A stretch of 64,000 bases of DNA from NCBI GenBank assembly GCA_951406725.2, contig OX597818.1, forward strand, positions 1,364,001-1,428,000, in the 5' to 3' direction. This DNA is from Octopus vulgaris (lineage: Eukaryota). A model generated the notes under the pieces. That model saw only the letters and a list, made by a program, of their open reading frames with translations, did no database searches and was not told where the DNA came from. How positions within the stretch are numbered: the stretch's first letter is position 1; each line of letters opens with the position of its first letter. Below are positions 13,672 through 27,932 of this stretch, piece after piece. Both the position numbers and the translations under genes were made by a program.

Positions 13672-16550
13672 TGGATGTGTAGGGGAAATGGGGGAAATGA
13701 ACCGACTAGTTAAGGAATGGCTTGAAATTCAAAGACGACTCATCGGCTTGATGAATGCTACAGAAGAAAAATCCCCATGAATATGAGAAGGGTAGATAGG
13801 AGCATAATTAATAAAGTAACACAAAAGATAAATACTGCCATCGAGACGGAGAACATAACACAAACAAGGAATCTTCTCCAAGCTATTGCACTACTTGTTG
13901 AGAAGAAATCACAACTTAAAAGAATAAAAAATGGTGGAACAAAAGAACCATGGTGGAAACGACGCATTGAAAGGGACATAATGCGGGCTACGCAAGATCC
14001 TGGAAAAATTGAGCAATGGTTAAAAGAAAAGTGGAAAAATGGGAAAAAGACCAACCGAGAAAAGTTAGAGAAAAAATATAAAATACGGAAGAACGGGTTT
14101 GATGCAGGAATAGAGCAGTTAAAACTGAGAATCATGGCAAAAAGCAAGAAGATCAGAAGAATTGTGAACAGAAAGAAGTTGTTCGAGGAGAACAGATTGT
14201 TCAAAAATAACCCGAAGCAATTCTAACAAGCGTGAGGAGACAATGGGAAAAATATTGCTCCTGATGCAATTCAAACCAAGGAGTTCTGGAGAAACAATGG
14301 GAAACAATGGGGAAACAATGAGGTGCATAAAAGGGATGAAATGCGGATAGCAACTATCAAGACAGAATTACAAGGAAGAAAGAAAGCAATATTGTCATAA
14401 GCACGTTTGATGTGAAAGAACAAGTGGGTAAAGTGCCTAACTGAAAAGCCCCTGGACCAGATGGGATTCTTGGCTTCTGGCTGAAGATATGTCACGCGGT
14501 GCATGAAAGACTAGCAGCCCAGTTGAATGAGTGTGTCCAGAAAGGTACAGTCCCCGCGTGAATGCTGACTGGGTGGGCAACACTTATAATGAAAGATAGA
14601 AGAAAGGGGAATATTGTGGGACACTACCCTCCCATAGCATGCCTAAACATAATCTGGACGATACTCACTGAAATATGTGTGGCAAAGACATACTTTCCTG
14701 GCACAGGAAGAAATACTACCAAGCGAACAAAACTGATGTAGGAAGAGTTCTCAGGGTAGCAAGGATCACAAGATAAAAACAGATTTGAAGCTTTGTAAAA
14801 GAAAATAATACAAACATGTCTATGGCTTGGATTGAATTTAAGGAGGCATATTATATGGTGCCTCATTCTTGGATTGTTGAATGCCTGCAGATGTTTGGTA
14901 TTGCTGACAACATCACAAATTTTTTGATACGTAGCATGAAAGAGTAGAAAACCAAGTTGTACTCAAGTAATGTATTTCTTGGAGAAGTTAATGCTAAAAG
15001 GGGAATCTTCCAAGGTGACTCGCTTTCTCCGTTGCTTTTTGTAATTGCACTAATGCCTATAACAATGACACTTAGGAAAGTTAAGATGAGTTACCGATAT
15101 GGGAAGAAAGATCCATCACTGAATCATCTGTTTATGAATGACCTAAAACTGTTTGGGAAATCTGAAAAACAGATATATTCCTTAACCAAAACAGTCCAGA
15201 AGTGTGGCAGAAACATCGGTATGGAATTTGGGATTACCAAATGCTCAGTACTTAATATGAAAAGAGAGAAGAAAGCATCTTGCAGAGGATATCGCTTACC
15301 ATCAGGAGAGACCATGGGCGAACCCGATGGTAGTGGGTATAAATATTTAGGGATTTTGCAGCATAACATTCTACACAGAGAAATGAAAGTCAAGGTCAAC
15401 AAGGCGTATCAAAAACGGATGAAGATGGTGTTGAAATCCAACCTAAATGCCAAAGATTTGATTACCGCAATGAATATCTGGGTAGTTGATGACGCTGCAT
15501 GGGGCCCTATACCCTAAAGCAAAGGTAAACAAACTCTGTATGAAAAGAAAGAATGGTGGCAGAGGACTAATGAGTATAGACCATTTTTTAAGGAGTGAAA
15601 GGAGAACGCTTGCCGAGTATTTGATAAATAGTGATGAAGACCTGCTGCAATATGCCGCGAAAGATATGGGTGTATTGATGGGCAAGGAAGAGTTTAACCA
15701 AACAACTGAGGAGAAGAGAAATGAAAATCTTCTTGAAATGAGAATGCATGGACAGTTTCAAAGGAATACACAGAACGTTAAGGACAATGCAGCATCGTTG
15801 GCATAGCTTGAGCAGGGTGATCTGAAGCGTACCACCGAAAGTCTGATCATTGCTGCACAAGACCAGGCTCTCGCTACCAATTAAGTGAAGTACAACATCT
15901 ATAAAACTTCTGACACCCAGAAATGCAAACTCTGCGAAAGAGTGTGGAAAATGTGACCCACTTGGTAAATGCACAAAAAGAATACAAGCGCCTCCACGAT
16001 AAAGTGGTGTATCTTCATTGGCTCATATGTCGTAAATACCAATATGAAGTAACAGAGAACTGGCATGAGAATGTCCCAAGGAAAGTTATGCAGGAGGATG
16101 GAAAAGTAACGATACTCTGGGAGTGATATTCAGAAGGATCGTGTAATCGAACACCGTCGGCTGGATATTGTCATAATGAATAAAAGAGACAAATACTGCC
16201 AGATCATTGATGTTGCCATACCAAATAACAAGAATGTTGTGAGTCAAGAGGTTGAAAAGATCACCATGTACTCCGATGGAAAAGTGGAAATGGCAAGACT
16301 GCATGGAATACAAGAGGGTAATGTAAAACTGATACCAGTGGTGATCAGAGCGTTGGGCTCAATCCCATTGAAAATTCAAGACTTCTTAAGGTAACTGGAA
16401 ATCCCATTAAAGATTGATGTCTTGTAAAAAAAGCAACCTTATTGGGTACAGTGCACATCATAAGGAAAGTATTCTCTGTCAGGTCTTTGCTGTAACTTGA
16501 CAGATGACTAAAGACTCCGGTGCATTTTTACTTACTCTGTGTTACGAAGG
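13672..16550 (+). mobile_element. decayed R4/Dong-type non-LTR retrotransposon (RT + RLE)
   Basis: EPWWKRRIE, GIFQGDSLSPLLF, HLFMNDLKLF, YKYLG, Zn-knuckle remnant CKLC...H, RLHDKV, IIDVAIP, IPVVIRALG. Ends in (TAA)n. Confidence 0.9.
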
Positions 16551-16564
16551 AATAATAATAGTAA

Positions 16565-16977
16565 TTGGTGCACTTTTAAGTATCAGCATTTAACTAGCAA
16601 CATGGCTGAAAAGGATTGATGCAAGTGTGAAGGTAGAACATCTACAGAAATCAGCATTGATTGGAGCTGCAAGAATTCTTTGCAGGGTTCTTGAAGCATG
16701 CCCAGTAAACAAGTGTCACCTTAGTCTGCTGGCTGTGGACAGCTGACACTTTCCAACATATCCAGCAAAATAAGCAGTGAGTTTTCCTGTCTGAGGTCCG
16801 TGTTGCCGAGTATTTGATAAATAGTGATGAAGACCTGCTGCAATATACCGCGAAAGATATAGGTGAAATGATGGGCAAGGAAGAGTTTAACCAAAGAGCT
16901 GAGAAGAGAAAAGAAAACCTCGGTAGACACAATATTTTCAATCAACAACCTCAGGAAATCATATACTGTGCAACGTC

Positions 16978-16978
<1 letters not shown>
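16565..16978 (+). mobile_element. 3' end of another R4/Dong family, with an internal patch homologous to 15610-15727
   Basis: Reads WLKRIDASVKVEHLQKSALIGAARILCRVL, then 3' UTR and (TAA)n. Confidence 0.75.
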
Positions 16979-17066
<88 letters not shown>

Positions 17067-17070
17067 TGAT

Positions 17071-17106
<36 letters not shown>

Positions 17107-17146
17107 AATAATAATAATAGGTATCTGCTAAATAATAATAATAAAA

Positions 17147-20055
17147 GGTATCTGCTAAAGCTGCCCGCATAGCGAGGTATGAAAAGCGTGTTAGATTCTT
17201 CAAAGACAAAGACATGTTCAAAAATAACCCCAAAAATGTTTACAGGAAGATAGGAAAAACAACAGTTACTGTAAAGACTGTACCATCAAAAGAAGTGCAG
17301 GGATTTTGGAATAAAATTTGGGCAGAAGAAAAAGCATATAACGAAAAGGCCCACTGGATTGATAGAATATCTACAGAACTGGACTCCTTAGAAGAGCTAA
17401 AGTGGGAGATCGTCAAGGTAGAAGATATAAGATCTGCTCTCAGGAGGTCAAGCAAATGGAAGTCTCCAGGAAAGGATAATATTCCTAACTTCTGGTTGAA
17501 TGCCTTCTCAGAGAGCCATGAACTGCTAACAGAACTTTACAATGATGTTTTGCAACACCCTAGTAGGATGCCTCCTTGGCTTGTTAATGGTTTAACATTC
17601 CTGTTTCCGAAAAGTGAAGAAACAAATGAACCAAAAAACTATAGACCCATAACCTGCTTAACAACTATGTATAAAACGCTAACATCTGTCATGACGGAAT
17701 ATACCTAGTAGGATGCCTAGTAGGATGCCTCCTTGGCTAGTTAATGGGTTAACATTCCTGTTTCCGAAAAGTGAAGAAACAAATGAACCAAAAAACTATA
17801 GACCCATAACCTGCTTAACAACTATGTATAAAACGCTAACATCTGTCATGACGGAATATACCTATAGTTTTTTAACAGACAGCAGCATATTTCCTAATGA
17901 ACAGAAAGGATGTAAACGTGGATCCTATGGTTGTAAAGATCAACTACTCATCAATAAGATGATCTTAGAAGATTGTCACAAATGACACAAAAACTTGTCA
18001 ATAGCCTGGATAGACTATAAAAAGGCTTTTGATAGCCTACCACATAGCTGGATTAAGAAATGCCTGGAAATGTATAAAATAGCACCTCCTCTGCGAAACT
18101 TGTTGTCTGTAAGTATGAGATCATGGAGAGCCACACTAACTTTGAACAGTGACAATGAATCTCTAAATGCTGGTGATGTAAAAATTCCATGTGGCATTTT
18201 CCAGGGTGACTCACTAGAACCGCTTCTCTTTTGTTTAGCCTTAATACCTCTCTCAAAATTGCTCAACGATACACAGTACGGATATAAAATGTTTGATAAA
18301 AATATAAATCATCTCATTTGATTGGATGATTTAAAGCTCTTTGCAAAAAATGACCAACAACTCAAGGGCTTACTAGCGATTGTCAAACAATTCAGTGATG
18401 ACATCAGAATGCAATTTGGCCTCTATAAATGTGAAAAAGCTACCTTTATCAAAGGAAAAATGACAGAAACATCTAACGTTAACCTTGACCAGCAGAATGT
18501 CATAAAATAATTAGACCCAGCGGAGAGCTACAAGTACCTAGGGGTAATTGAAGGGGACGGAATAAGGCATTCAGTGATGAAGGAAAGAATCAGGAGAGAA
18601 TGTTATCGCAGAGTAAGAGCAATACTCAAGACAGAGCTGAATGCGAGAAACAGGATCGAAGCGATCAATGCCAGTCGTGTCTTACAGTTTCAATATTGTT
18701 AACTGGTCAATTACTGAAATATGTAATCTTGACAGAAAAATACGAAAACTGTTGACAATGCATAGAATGCACCACCCTAAGGCAGATATAGAACGACTTT
18801 ATCTGCCAAGAAAAGGGGGAGACCGTAGACTTTTACAACTGGCAATAACAATGAAGATTGCTACAATTGGCCTAGACACCTACCTGAAAAACTTTGAGGA
18901 CTGGATGTTAAAACTTGTCTCAAAACATGAACTCAAGAAAGCATCATACTCAGTAACAAAACAGGCAAAGGAATATCTAAGTGAATTCCGAACACGACAA
19001 ATTTCGGAATTAGACATACAAGAAACAAGCACAGAAAAAGCTAAGCGCATGAAAACCCGTGCTAAAACTAAGGCCTTAGATATTCTGAATGATAAATGGC
19101 AAGAAAAACCTCTCAATGGCAAATACACAAAGAGAGCAAATAATGCAGATGTTGACAAAGCCCTGACCCATCAATGGCTAATGGCCTCTGGCTTAAAATC
19201 TGAAACAGAAGAGTTTATCATAGCAGCTCAAGATCAATGCCTACCAACAAGAAACTACCAGGCCAACATATTAAAGAACGGCAGTAGCCCAACATGTCGT
19301 GTATGTCAACAACAAAATGAAACCATTGATCATTTTGTTTCCAAGTGCAGTCTTCTAGCGCCTACAGAGTATCTCAACAGGCATGATAGAGCTTCACAAT
19401 ATATTCACTGGGTAATTTGCAAAAACCTGGATTTGCCCCATGAAAAAAAAATGGTAGGAACACAAATCACCTCCAGTGCTTGAAAATGACCACATCTCAC
19501 TCCTCTGGAACCTCCCCATTCAAACTGACAGAAAGATAGATGCAAATATGCCAGACATCATATTGAAAGACTTCAGACAAAGAACATGCCTCCTCATTGA
19601 TATGACTGCCCCAATCGATATAAACGTATCTGTCAAGATCTACCAAAAACTGAGCAAATATAAAGATCATGCAATAGAAATCAGCAAAATGTGGAACCTG
19701 AAGACTAAAACAATACCTGTTGTCATAGGTGCCCTGGGAATGATAGCAAAAGGGGCAGATTGCTACCTAACTCAGATACCAGGAAACCCCGAAATGGCAG
19801 AAATTCAAAAGATAGTGCTCATGGGAACTGCTCATATCCTACGCAAAATACTTTCTATGTAATCTCAAGGTTTAAAACAAACATAATTTTCGTATGTTTT
19901 TTTTTAGACATTCACTAGTACAACACTAAATACAAAATCAAATATATGGCACACTAGGTATAACAACAACACGAACTTCCAATCTGTTGTCGCTTGAGGT
20001 CTCTGGGTGAGACTTGGAGCCAAATTGTACAAATATGAAGCAAAAGTCAAACATA
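17147..20055 (+). mobile_element. 5'-truncated, relatively young R4/Dong-type LINE
   Basis: WKSPGKD, NYRPITCL, AWIDYKKAFDS, GIFQGDSL, MDDLKLF, CRVC...HFVSKC, RHD, PDII...LIDM...K, IPVVIGALG. Stop at 19862. TAA/TGA tracts on both sides. Confidence 0.95.
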
Positions 20056-20102
20056 TGATGATGATGATAATAATAATAATAATAATAATGATGATGATGA
20101 TA

Positions 20103-20149
<47 letters not shown>

Positions 20150-20248
20150 AATAATAATAATGATAATAATAATAATAATGATAATAATAATGATAATAAT
20201 AATAATGATAATAATAATGATGATGATGACGACGACGACGACGACAAC

Positions 20249-20284
<36 letters not shown>

Positions 20285-20483
20285 AATAATAATAATAATA
20301 ATAATGATAATAATAATGATGATGATAATAATGATAGTAATGATAATAATGATAATAATAATGATAATAATAATGATAATAATAATGATAATGATAATGA
20401 TGATGATAATGATGATGACAATGATGATGATGATGACGACGACGACGACGACGACGACGATGATGATGATGATGATGGTGATG
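20056..20483 (+). repeat. compound (TAA/TGA/CGA)n microsatellite
   Basis: Direct reading. Confidence 0.95.
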
Positions 20484-21832
20484 AAAAAATTGCTTACAAT
20501 GTCAAAAATTTCGGATCTATTGATCTCTCGGGATTCAAACTGAGAGATTAACGTGGTGTTGCTAAATAATAAAACATTATTTCTACATTTTACGGTTTCT
20601 GCCATCCTACATGCCTCTATCTCCCCCTCCATATACTCAATTAGTGTAAAGTAAGGTAATTCCCATTTTGTCTTAGAAGCATATATGTACCTTTGCTTCT
20701 GTACATACATTTAATTGCTAATAGCTGTAATTATGATGACTAACGTATCACCTAACATAAAATAGACTAGAACAATATGGTGCAAAAGAAAAAAAGGAAT
20801 CGTAGAAGCAACAACTCGAAATATTTCAAAGGATTTTAAATGGCAGAGTTTCAAGATTAAGATGTGAAACTGAATTAAAAAACTATGATGTTCCCAAGAT
20901 GCAAAATTCACTATCACATGTCTGGGTGGGGTTCATTGAAAACTAATGTTAGTCACAACACATGTGCAAGATCATAACAACAAGAAGAAACTAAAAGACC
21001 CGACTAAATGCATTGAGTAGCGATAACTGCAGGTAAAATTGTCGGTAAATGAAAGATATCTTTACTTTGATTATGTGGGAGCACTGGAATTTAGAATTTA
21101 ATGACAACCTGATAGCAATAAAGCAGGCAGAATAGATAATTAAAATTTAAGTTTATACAGATAGAAAGAACATTTTTCTGGGGCATGAAATAAATTAGAT
21201 GGTTCTTAATAATCTGCGTAATACGGTGTGACAAAAAAAAAGCGTTTAAAAGAAGTATTGATGTCTACGCAAGAAAGCTGTGTACAGTCTCCATATTCTG
21301 AATATAGTAGTATTTGTGAACATGAATGTATATTTCTTATTTTGTTTATGTTTCATGTTGTGCAACGACTTCTGTAATAATATGCACAGATTTGTCAATC
21401 ACGTCCGAGTAGGTGACAGGGCTATGACAATCAGATGGCAAAGCGACACTTCTACAGTTGAAAATGCAGGCATAAAACAGATTTTGCATCTAAAATGTAA
21501 CTCCATTCCTTAAAAGACATGTGGAAAAAAATGTGCTTCTATAATCAATATGGGTTTTCGCCGAGTCTTTCATCTTACAAGTACAGCATACACTTCCATA
21601 AATCTTACTCTTTAATCGAGAGATCATTTCCAAATATCTCCTGTAGTATGAAAAAAATGCCACCATCCTTTATAATATAGCAACATGTCTTTTTTTTACC
21701 TCTCTTTTCTATCTCTTACACTGGGGCAAAGAGACACCTGTTTAACAGATTTCTCCCATTTTTTCTGGAAAGATTGTCAAGTTTAAAAACACTCTGTGTG
21801 TGACGATATGGGTAAAACTAGCCTCTTTAACA

Positions 21833-21863
21833 GTATTACTATACGCAAAGCGTATAGTAATAC
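21833..21863. repeat. perfect 14-bp hairpin
   Basis: GTATTACTATACGC-AAA-GCGTATAGTAATAC. Confidence 0.9.
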
Positions 21864-22271
21864 ATGTGCTGTTGTTACTGTCGTTGAAAATATCTGTGCA
21901 CCTGTTCGAAATTATTTCTTATTCTATTAAATGTTATTCTATTTTTCATTTTACCGTCAATATCAATTTTATGATGTAAATTCTGTTTGTGTCCTGTTTG
22001 TATTTGTTCTGTAAGTTTCTTGGGAAACGAATCTAGTCGACATATTGATATGAAATGGCCTCACATTGCACGACCAAATACAATATGAAATCTCTACACA
22101 TGGTTATATACCTTTTTGTATCTTCCCACGCGTATCGGAGAAAGACATCCACAGCTAAATAAAATCTTTACTGGCAGTTACTCCAAAGAAAACAAATTTC
22201 GATCGGTAATGCTTGAAATGTATTCGAGGTTCGGAACGAAACAAAAATGACGCATACAGACTACGATAGTC

Positions 22272-22323
<52 letters not shown>

Positions 22324-22328
22324 GTAAA

Positions 22329-22454
<126 letters not shown>

Positions 22455-22476
22455 TATAATAATAATAATAATAAAA

Positions 22477-23032
22477 TGCCCTGATGCAGTACCAGGCAGT
22501 GGCTCTCATGGCTACTGATCTTAACTGATTGGAAGTGTTATCATGTACATTGTTTTGTCTTGGTATAAAAGATGGGCTACAGCAAATATTCTGCTCAATA
22601 CCACAGATTTGCTTGTCAGTTGTTTTACCTTAACCAGTTGAGCATGTCCCTTAGTGGCGGACGATATGTGCATCTCTGATCACGAGCAGAAGTAGTGGGG
22701 GAGCATCATAGCCATGTGTTGAGAGGGATCCTTTGGGGTTTGAATAATTCACCTCTGGAAACATGGGTGGTTCTTTCAACATCCTTAAACAACCCTTATT
22801 CAGGGAACTTTTGAGCGGGATGGGCTACTCAACCTGAAGAAAATTCTAACTGGGCCCCCACCTGCAAGGTCATGTGCTGTTTATCTTGATATGAAATCAC
22901 CATGTCGCGCACATATGGTTGTGATGCATGTGCCTAGTGTACCTTTATCAGACGGGTAGTCATGATGGGTATATTGGGCTTCGTATATTTTAACCCAGTG
23001 TCACTTTGATGGCATGAACTGCTCTCTCACTC
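22477..23032 (+). mobile_element. 555-bp element, copy 2
   Basis: Same 5' junction as copy 1 (taataaaa|tgccctgatgcagtacc). Ends ...cactc|aataat. Confidence 0.85.
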
Positions 23033-23085
23033 AATAATAATAATAATAATAATAATATTGATAATGATGAGGACGATGATGATGA

Positions 23086-23732
23086 TGCCCTGATGCAGTA
23101 CCAATGCCTTGATGCAGTACCAATGCCTTGATGCAGTAATCTATGCCCTGATGCAGTACCAGGCAGTGGCTCTCGTATGCCCTAATGCAGTACCAGGCAG
23201 TGGCTCACATGGCTTCTGATCTTAACTGATTGGAAGTGTTATCATGTACATTGTTTTCTCTTGGTATAAAAGATTGGCTACAGCAAATATTCTGCTCAAT
23301 ACCACAGATTTGCTTGTCAGTTGTTTGACCTTATCCAGTTGAGTATGTCCCTTAATGGCTGATGATATGTGCATCTCTGATCACGAGCAGAAGTAGTGGG
23401 GGAGCATCATAGCCATGTGTTGAGAGGGTTTCTTTGGGGTTTGACTAATTCACCTCTGGAAACATGGGTGGTTCGTTCAACAGCCTTAAACAACCTTTAT
23501 TCAGGGACCTTTTGAGCGGGATGGGCTACTCGACCAGAAGAAAATTCTAACTGGGCCCCTCCTACAAGGTCATGTGCTGTTTATCTTGATATGAGATTAC
23601 CATATCGCACACATATGGTTGTGATGCATGTGCCTAGTGTACCCTTATCAGACGGGTAGTCATGATGGGTATACTGGGCTTCGTATATTTTACCCCAGTG
23701 TCACTTTGATGGCATGCACTGCTCTCTCGCTC
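23086..23732 (+). mobile_element. 555-bp element, copy 3, with reiterated 5' end
   Basis: The 5' motif tgcc(c/t)t(g/a)atgcagta starts at 23086, 23105, 23124, 23144 and 23178. Confidence 0.85.
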
Positions 23733-23756
23733 AATAATAATAATAATAATAATAAT

Positions 23757-23789
<33 letters not shown>

Positions 23790-23802
23790 AATGATGATGA
23801 TG

Positions 23803-24599
23803 AATAGCAAATACTGGGCTAAACTAAACGCGAAAGAAATAGACAGAGAAAAATCCCAACAATGGTTGAGAAGCTCAGGACTCGAAGCACAGACTTAAGG
23901 ATTTTTAATTGCATCACAAGACTAAAGCCTCCCCACCAGAAATTACCAAAATCATATAATGAAACGAAACATAATAAGTAACTGCAGAATATGTGGAGAT
24001 GGAGAAGAAACAATAAATCATATTATCTCTGGCTGCCCAGTCCTGCCTAAGAAGGAATATATTCACAGACACGACAGAGTTGGGACCTACATACACTGGA
24101 AGTTATGCCAACACTATGGAATAACAACTGAAAAAAGATGGTATAAGCACACGCCAGAAAAGGTCACAGAAAACGAGAAAGCAACCATTGGGATATACCA
24201 ATACACACAGATAGAGAAATTAAGGCCAATAGACCAGATATAGTTATTAGAGATCATGAAAAAAATGCTTTCTAATTGATGACAACATTTCTCTAAAAGA
24301 AATGGAGAAACATTCAAAATACAAGGACCAGGAAATAGAGGTAACTCGAATGTGGGATCTAAAACAAAAACAATTCCTATCATAGAGGGCGCATTAAGTA
24401 TGATAAAAAAATATTCAGACAAATACATAACAAAGACACCAGGACTTAAAAACATATATAGCATACAGAAAATTGCACTACTGCGCACTTTCAATACAGT
24501 AATCATAAGAGCATCGCAGCAAATCACAGCAAATACCTAAGGCATACAGAACTGCGCTTGGTTGTGAAGTGAAAGCACGTTATAAAAATAAAACAACTG

Positions 24600-24600
<1 letters not shown>
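23803..24600 (+). mobile_element. R4/Dong-type 3' fragment
   Basis: CRICGDGEETINHIISGC, RHDRVG, TKTIPIIEGAL, IQKIALL. Flanked by TAA. Confidence 0.85.
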
Positions 24601-24664
<64 letters not shown>

Positions 24665-24686
24665 TGATGATGATGATGATGATGAT

Positions 24687-25058
24687 AAGACGCCACGACA
24701 ACATAGCAAGGCTTGTCCATTTGGAACATTGCAACAAGTATGGTCTTGACAGAGTAAAAATTGGTACGACCCAAGGCGTTATCGAAGATAATAATGCAAA
24801 AATCCTGTTGGATTTTATGGTTCAGTGCGACCATGAGATAGAGAAAAGCAAGCTAGACATAGTCTTAATTGAGAAAGAAAGCAAACTATGCTGGATCATA
24901 GATATAGCATGCCCAGCTGACAACAAGGTATGCGAAAAGGAAGAATGAGTAGTCGATAGATATGACAGGTTAGCTTGGGAGGTTAAGCAGTTGTGGTCGA
25001 TGAAAAAGGTGGTAGTAGTACCAATAATTGTCGGAGTCCTGGGAACAGTGAGTAAAAA
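24687..25058 (+). mobile_element. R4/Dong-type RLE fragment
   Basis: RRHDNIARLVH, LDIVLIEK...IIDIACP, VVPIIVGVLGTVSK. Confidence 0.85.
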
Positions 25059-25330
25059 TATGTGCGTACCTGTGTGTATGTGCATGCGTGTGCTTGTGTG
25101 TGCGTGTGCTTACGTGCGTGTGTGCGTGTATGTGCGTGTGTGTTTGTGCCCATGTGTGTGTAATTGTGTACGTGTCTGTATGTGCATTGTGTGCGTTGGA
25201 GGTATATGTGGGTGTGTGTGTATGTATGCGTATGTGTATGTGTGTGGAAGTATGTGTGTGTGGTGTGTGTTGGAGTTATATGTGCGTTCGTGGATATGTA
25301 CGTATGTATGTGTATGTGTGCGTGTATATA
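25059..25330 (+). repeat. degenerate (TG)n; a second tract lies at 26000-26605
   Basis: Direct reading. Confidence 0.9.
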
Positions 25331-25674
25331 GAAATATATCTGCGAAAAGATCTCAGAATTTTAATTGATTTGCTTTTCGCAGGAAGGAAAGTTTCTTGTC
25401 GAAGATACGTCTCGCTTTTATCCTTCGAAACGTAGAGTAGATGAAACCATAGCGACTGAAGAAGGGGTTTTTTCTTTGTGTTAATTGTCCTGTACTCCAT
25501 TTTTTGTTGTTTTTAAAAAAATGTCCAGTTCCTTTGGTTTGTGTCTATGTTTTCGTTTCTCTTTGTGTTCGACGTCCCTTTGGTGTCCTGTACTCATATA
25601 TGCGTGTATATGTACATGTAGAGGTAGGTACGTACATATATGTTTATATATATGCATATGTTTTATTTCATTTA

Positions 25675-25726
<52 letters not shown>

Positions 25727-25727
<1 letters not shown>

Positions 25728-25995
25728 CCAATTAAAGAACAGAGAAAAAGGATAAACAAGAAAACAAAAGAACAAAGAGAGGACGTAGCGCAAGGAAAGT
25801 ATTAATATGATGCACGGAAAAGGAAAAGATTAATTTGTTTTACGTTTTGAGCATAGCTCTCTTCGGAAATTGGAAAAACAGGGATGTCTAAAGGGAAGAT
25901 AGCAGAAGGAGGAAAGCAATAGCCAATAATCCACGTGGGTTACATTTCCGAAGTGACCGGGAGTAGAAGGAGAAACACAAAAAGTGCTTTCTGGG
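25727..25995 (-). mobile_element. Penelope-type 3' terminal element with hammerhead-like motif (25833-25870)
   Basis: Minus strand reads CCGAAGA-GAGC(TAT)GCTC-AAAACGTA (G12 mutated). Ends at (TA)n. Confidence 0.55.
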
Positions 25996-26607
25996 AGAAG
26001 AGAGTGTGTATGTGTAGTAGTGTGTGTGTAGTAGCGTGTGTGTTTCACTCTGTGTCACTGTCTGTCTGTCTCTCTCTGTATATTGGGCGTGTGTGGATGT
26101 GCGTGTGTGTCTATGTGCCTGTGAGTGAGTGTGGAAGTGTATGTAGGTGAATGTATATGCGTGCATGTGTGTGTGCGTTGTGTGTGTGTGTGTGGACGGT
26201 GGTGTGTGTTGATGTATATGTGCGTTCATCTGTGTGTGTGTGCATGTGTCTGTGTGCATATGTGTGTGCGTGTGAGTGTGCATGCATGAGAGGGAGAGAG
26301 GGAGAGTGGTGTGAGATAGAGTGTGTGTAGGTACGTTGTCTGAACGGTATGTAAATGGATGTGTGTGCATGTTGGCATGGGTGCGTAGTCATGTGTGCGT
26401 AGACGGAATGGGAATGTGCATGTGTGTATGTGCGTGCCCATGCGTATGGGTGCGTGTGTGTGTCTCTCTCTCTGTCACTCTGTCGCTCTCTGTATATATA
26501 TGTGTGTGAGTGTGTACGTGTGTGCGTGTAGGAATGTTTGTATCTATGTGCGTGTGAATGTGTGTAGAAATGTGTGTACGTGCGTGTATATGCATGCATA
26601 TGTGTAA

Positions 26608-27022
26608 CCATGCTTGAGCACCGCCTTAAATGGTTATAGTTGAGGAAATCAACCCCAGGTCTTATTCTTTGTAAGCATAGTACTCATTCTATCGCTAATT
26701 TACGGGGACATAAGCACATACACACACATAAACACATATGTATATATAGTGGGATAATTTGCAATTTTACAACCTAAAGGCAAAACTATATACGCCACTA
26801 AAGTGAATAATGGCACTGGTGCTAATCAGTGCCCTTACATACATACATGCATACATACACACACACGCGACTGGCTTCTTCCAGTTTCCGGCAATCAGAT
26901 CCACTCACAAGGCATTGATCGGTTCAAAGCTAGAGTAGAAAACACTTGCCGAAGACCTCACATAGTGGGAACCGTGTGGTTGGCAAGGTAGCTTCTTACC
27001 ACACACATCCATAACTGCACCT
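26608..27022 (-). mobile_element. SINE family A, degraded
   Basis: Similarity to 31128-31531. Confidence 0.75.
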
Positions 27023-27029
27023 ATAAATT

Positions 27030-27123
<94 letters not shown>

Positions 27124-27295
27124 TTGTGTGTGTGTATTCATGGAGTTAAACGCAGGTGTTATTCAAATCTTTTTAATTCCGACATATGTTTCTACCTTTA
27201 CAGGCTGGCTGTTACATCCTTGGTACTTGTGTCAACTTTTGCTACCCAGGTAACTATTTTTTTTCCATATATATATATATATATATATATATGTG

Positions 27296-27345
<50 letters not shown>

Positions 27346-27351
<6 letters not shown>

Positions 27352-27932
27352 AAGTTGGTGTGTGAAAGCACGTGGTTGAATATATAGAAAAAAGTAAAAA
27401 GTGAAAAAACTACAGAAGGCTTGTTTTAAAAGGTTAAAAAATATATTTGAGTCATTATGTCAGAAGAATGTTATAAGATTTTTTCATACATTGACATAGT
27501 TTTTGGAGAAATTACCGGTTTCGTGTTAACTTTTCAAATTTCTCAAAACATCGTGTTACGTCTTCGTTATGAAGTGCAAAAAAGAGTTCCAGATAGGGGG
27601 AGGTAATAAACGATTTCTTCCGGTATAAGGGAGATAATCGCTTTATATTTCTTTTCTCTTTTATTTAATGGGGTGAGTTTTTCTGTATAAGAATGTTAGA
27701 GTGAGTAAGTTTGGGCTTATATTTTTCAATGAAGAATGTTTCCTTGTTTAGTCTAATTTGTGTTGGTGTTCCAATAGCACATTGATAAAATGGAAAGATT
27801 AAAAATTGTGGTAGTAGTTGCTTTGCGCATTTCTCAATATGCTCACTAAAGGGTATCATCCTGTATTCTGGGAATGCAATCTGTTGTCGATGCAGAGCGC
27901 ATCTACGTCTGAGTGATAGTCCCGTGGACCCC
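27346..27932 (-). mobile_element. inverted copy of the 3' end of the adjacent Penelope
   Basis: 27386-27932 is the reverse complement of 29315-29860 with scattered differences. Starts at (TA)n. Confidence 0.95.

Noticed and set aside
23086-23195. Short repeats resembling a CRISPR array; also 55293-55630
   Set aside because: No unique spacers, no cas genes, and a eukaryotic context.
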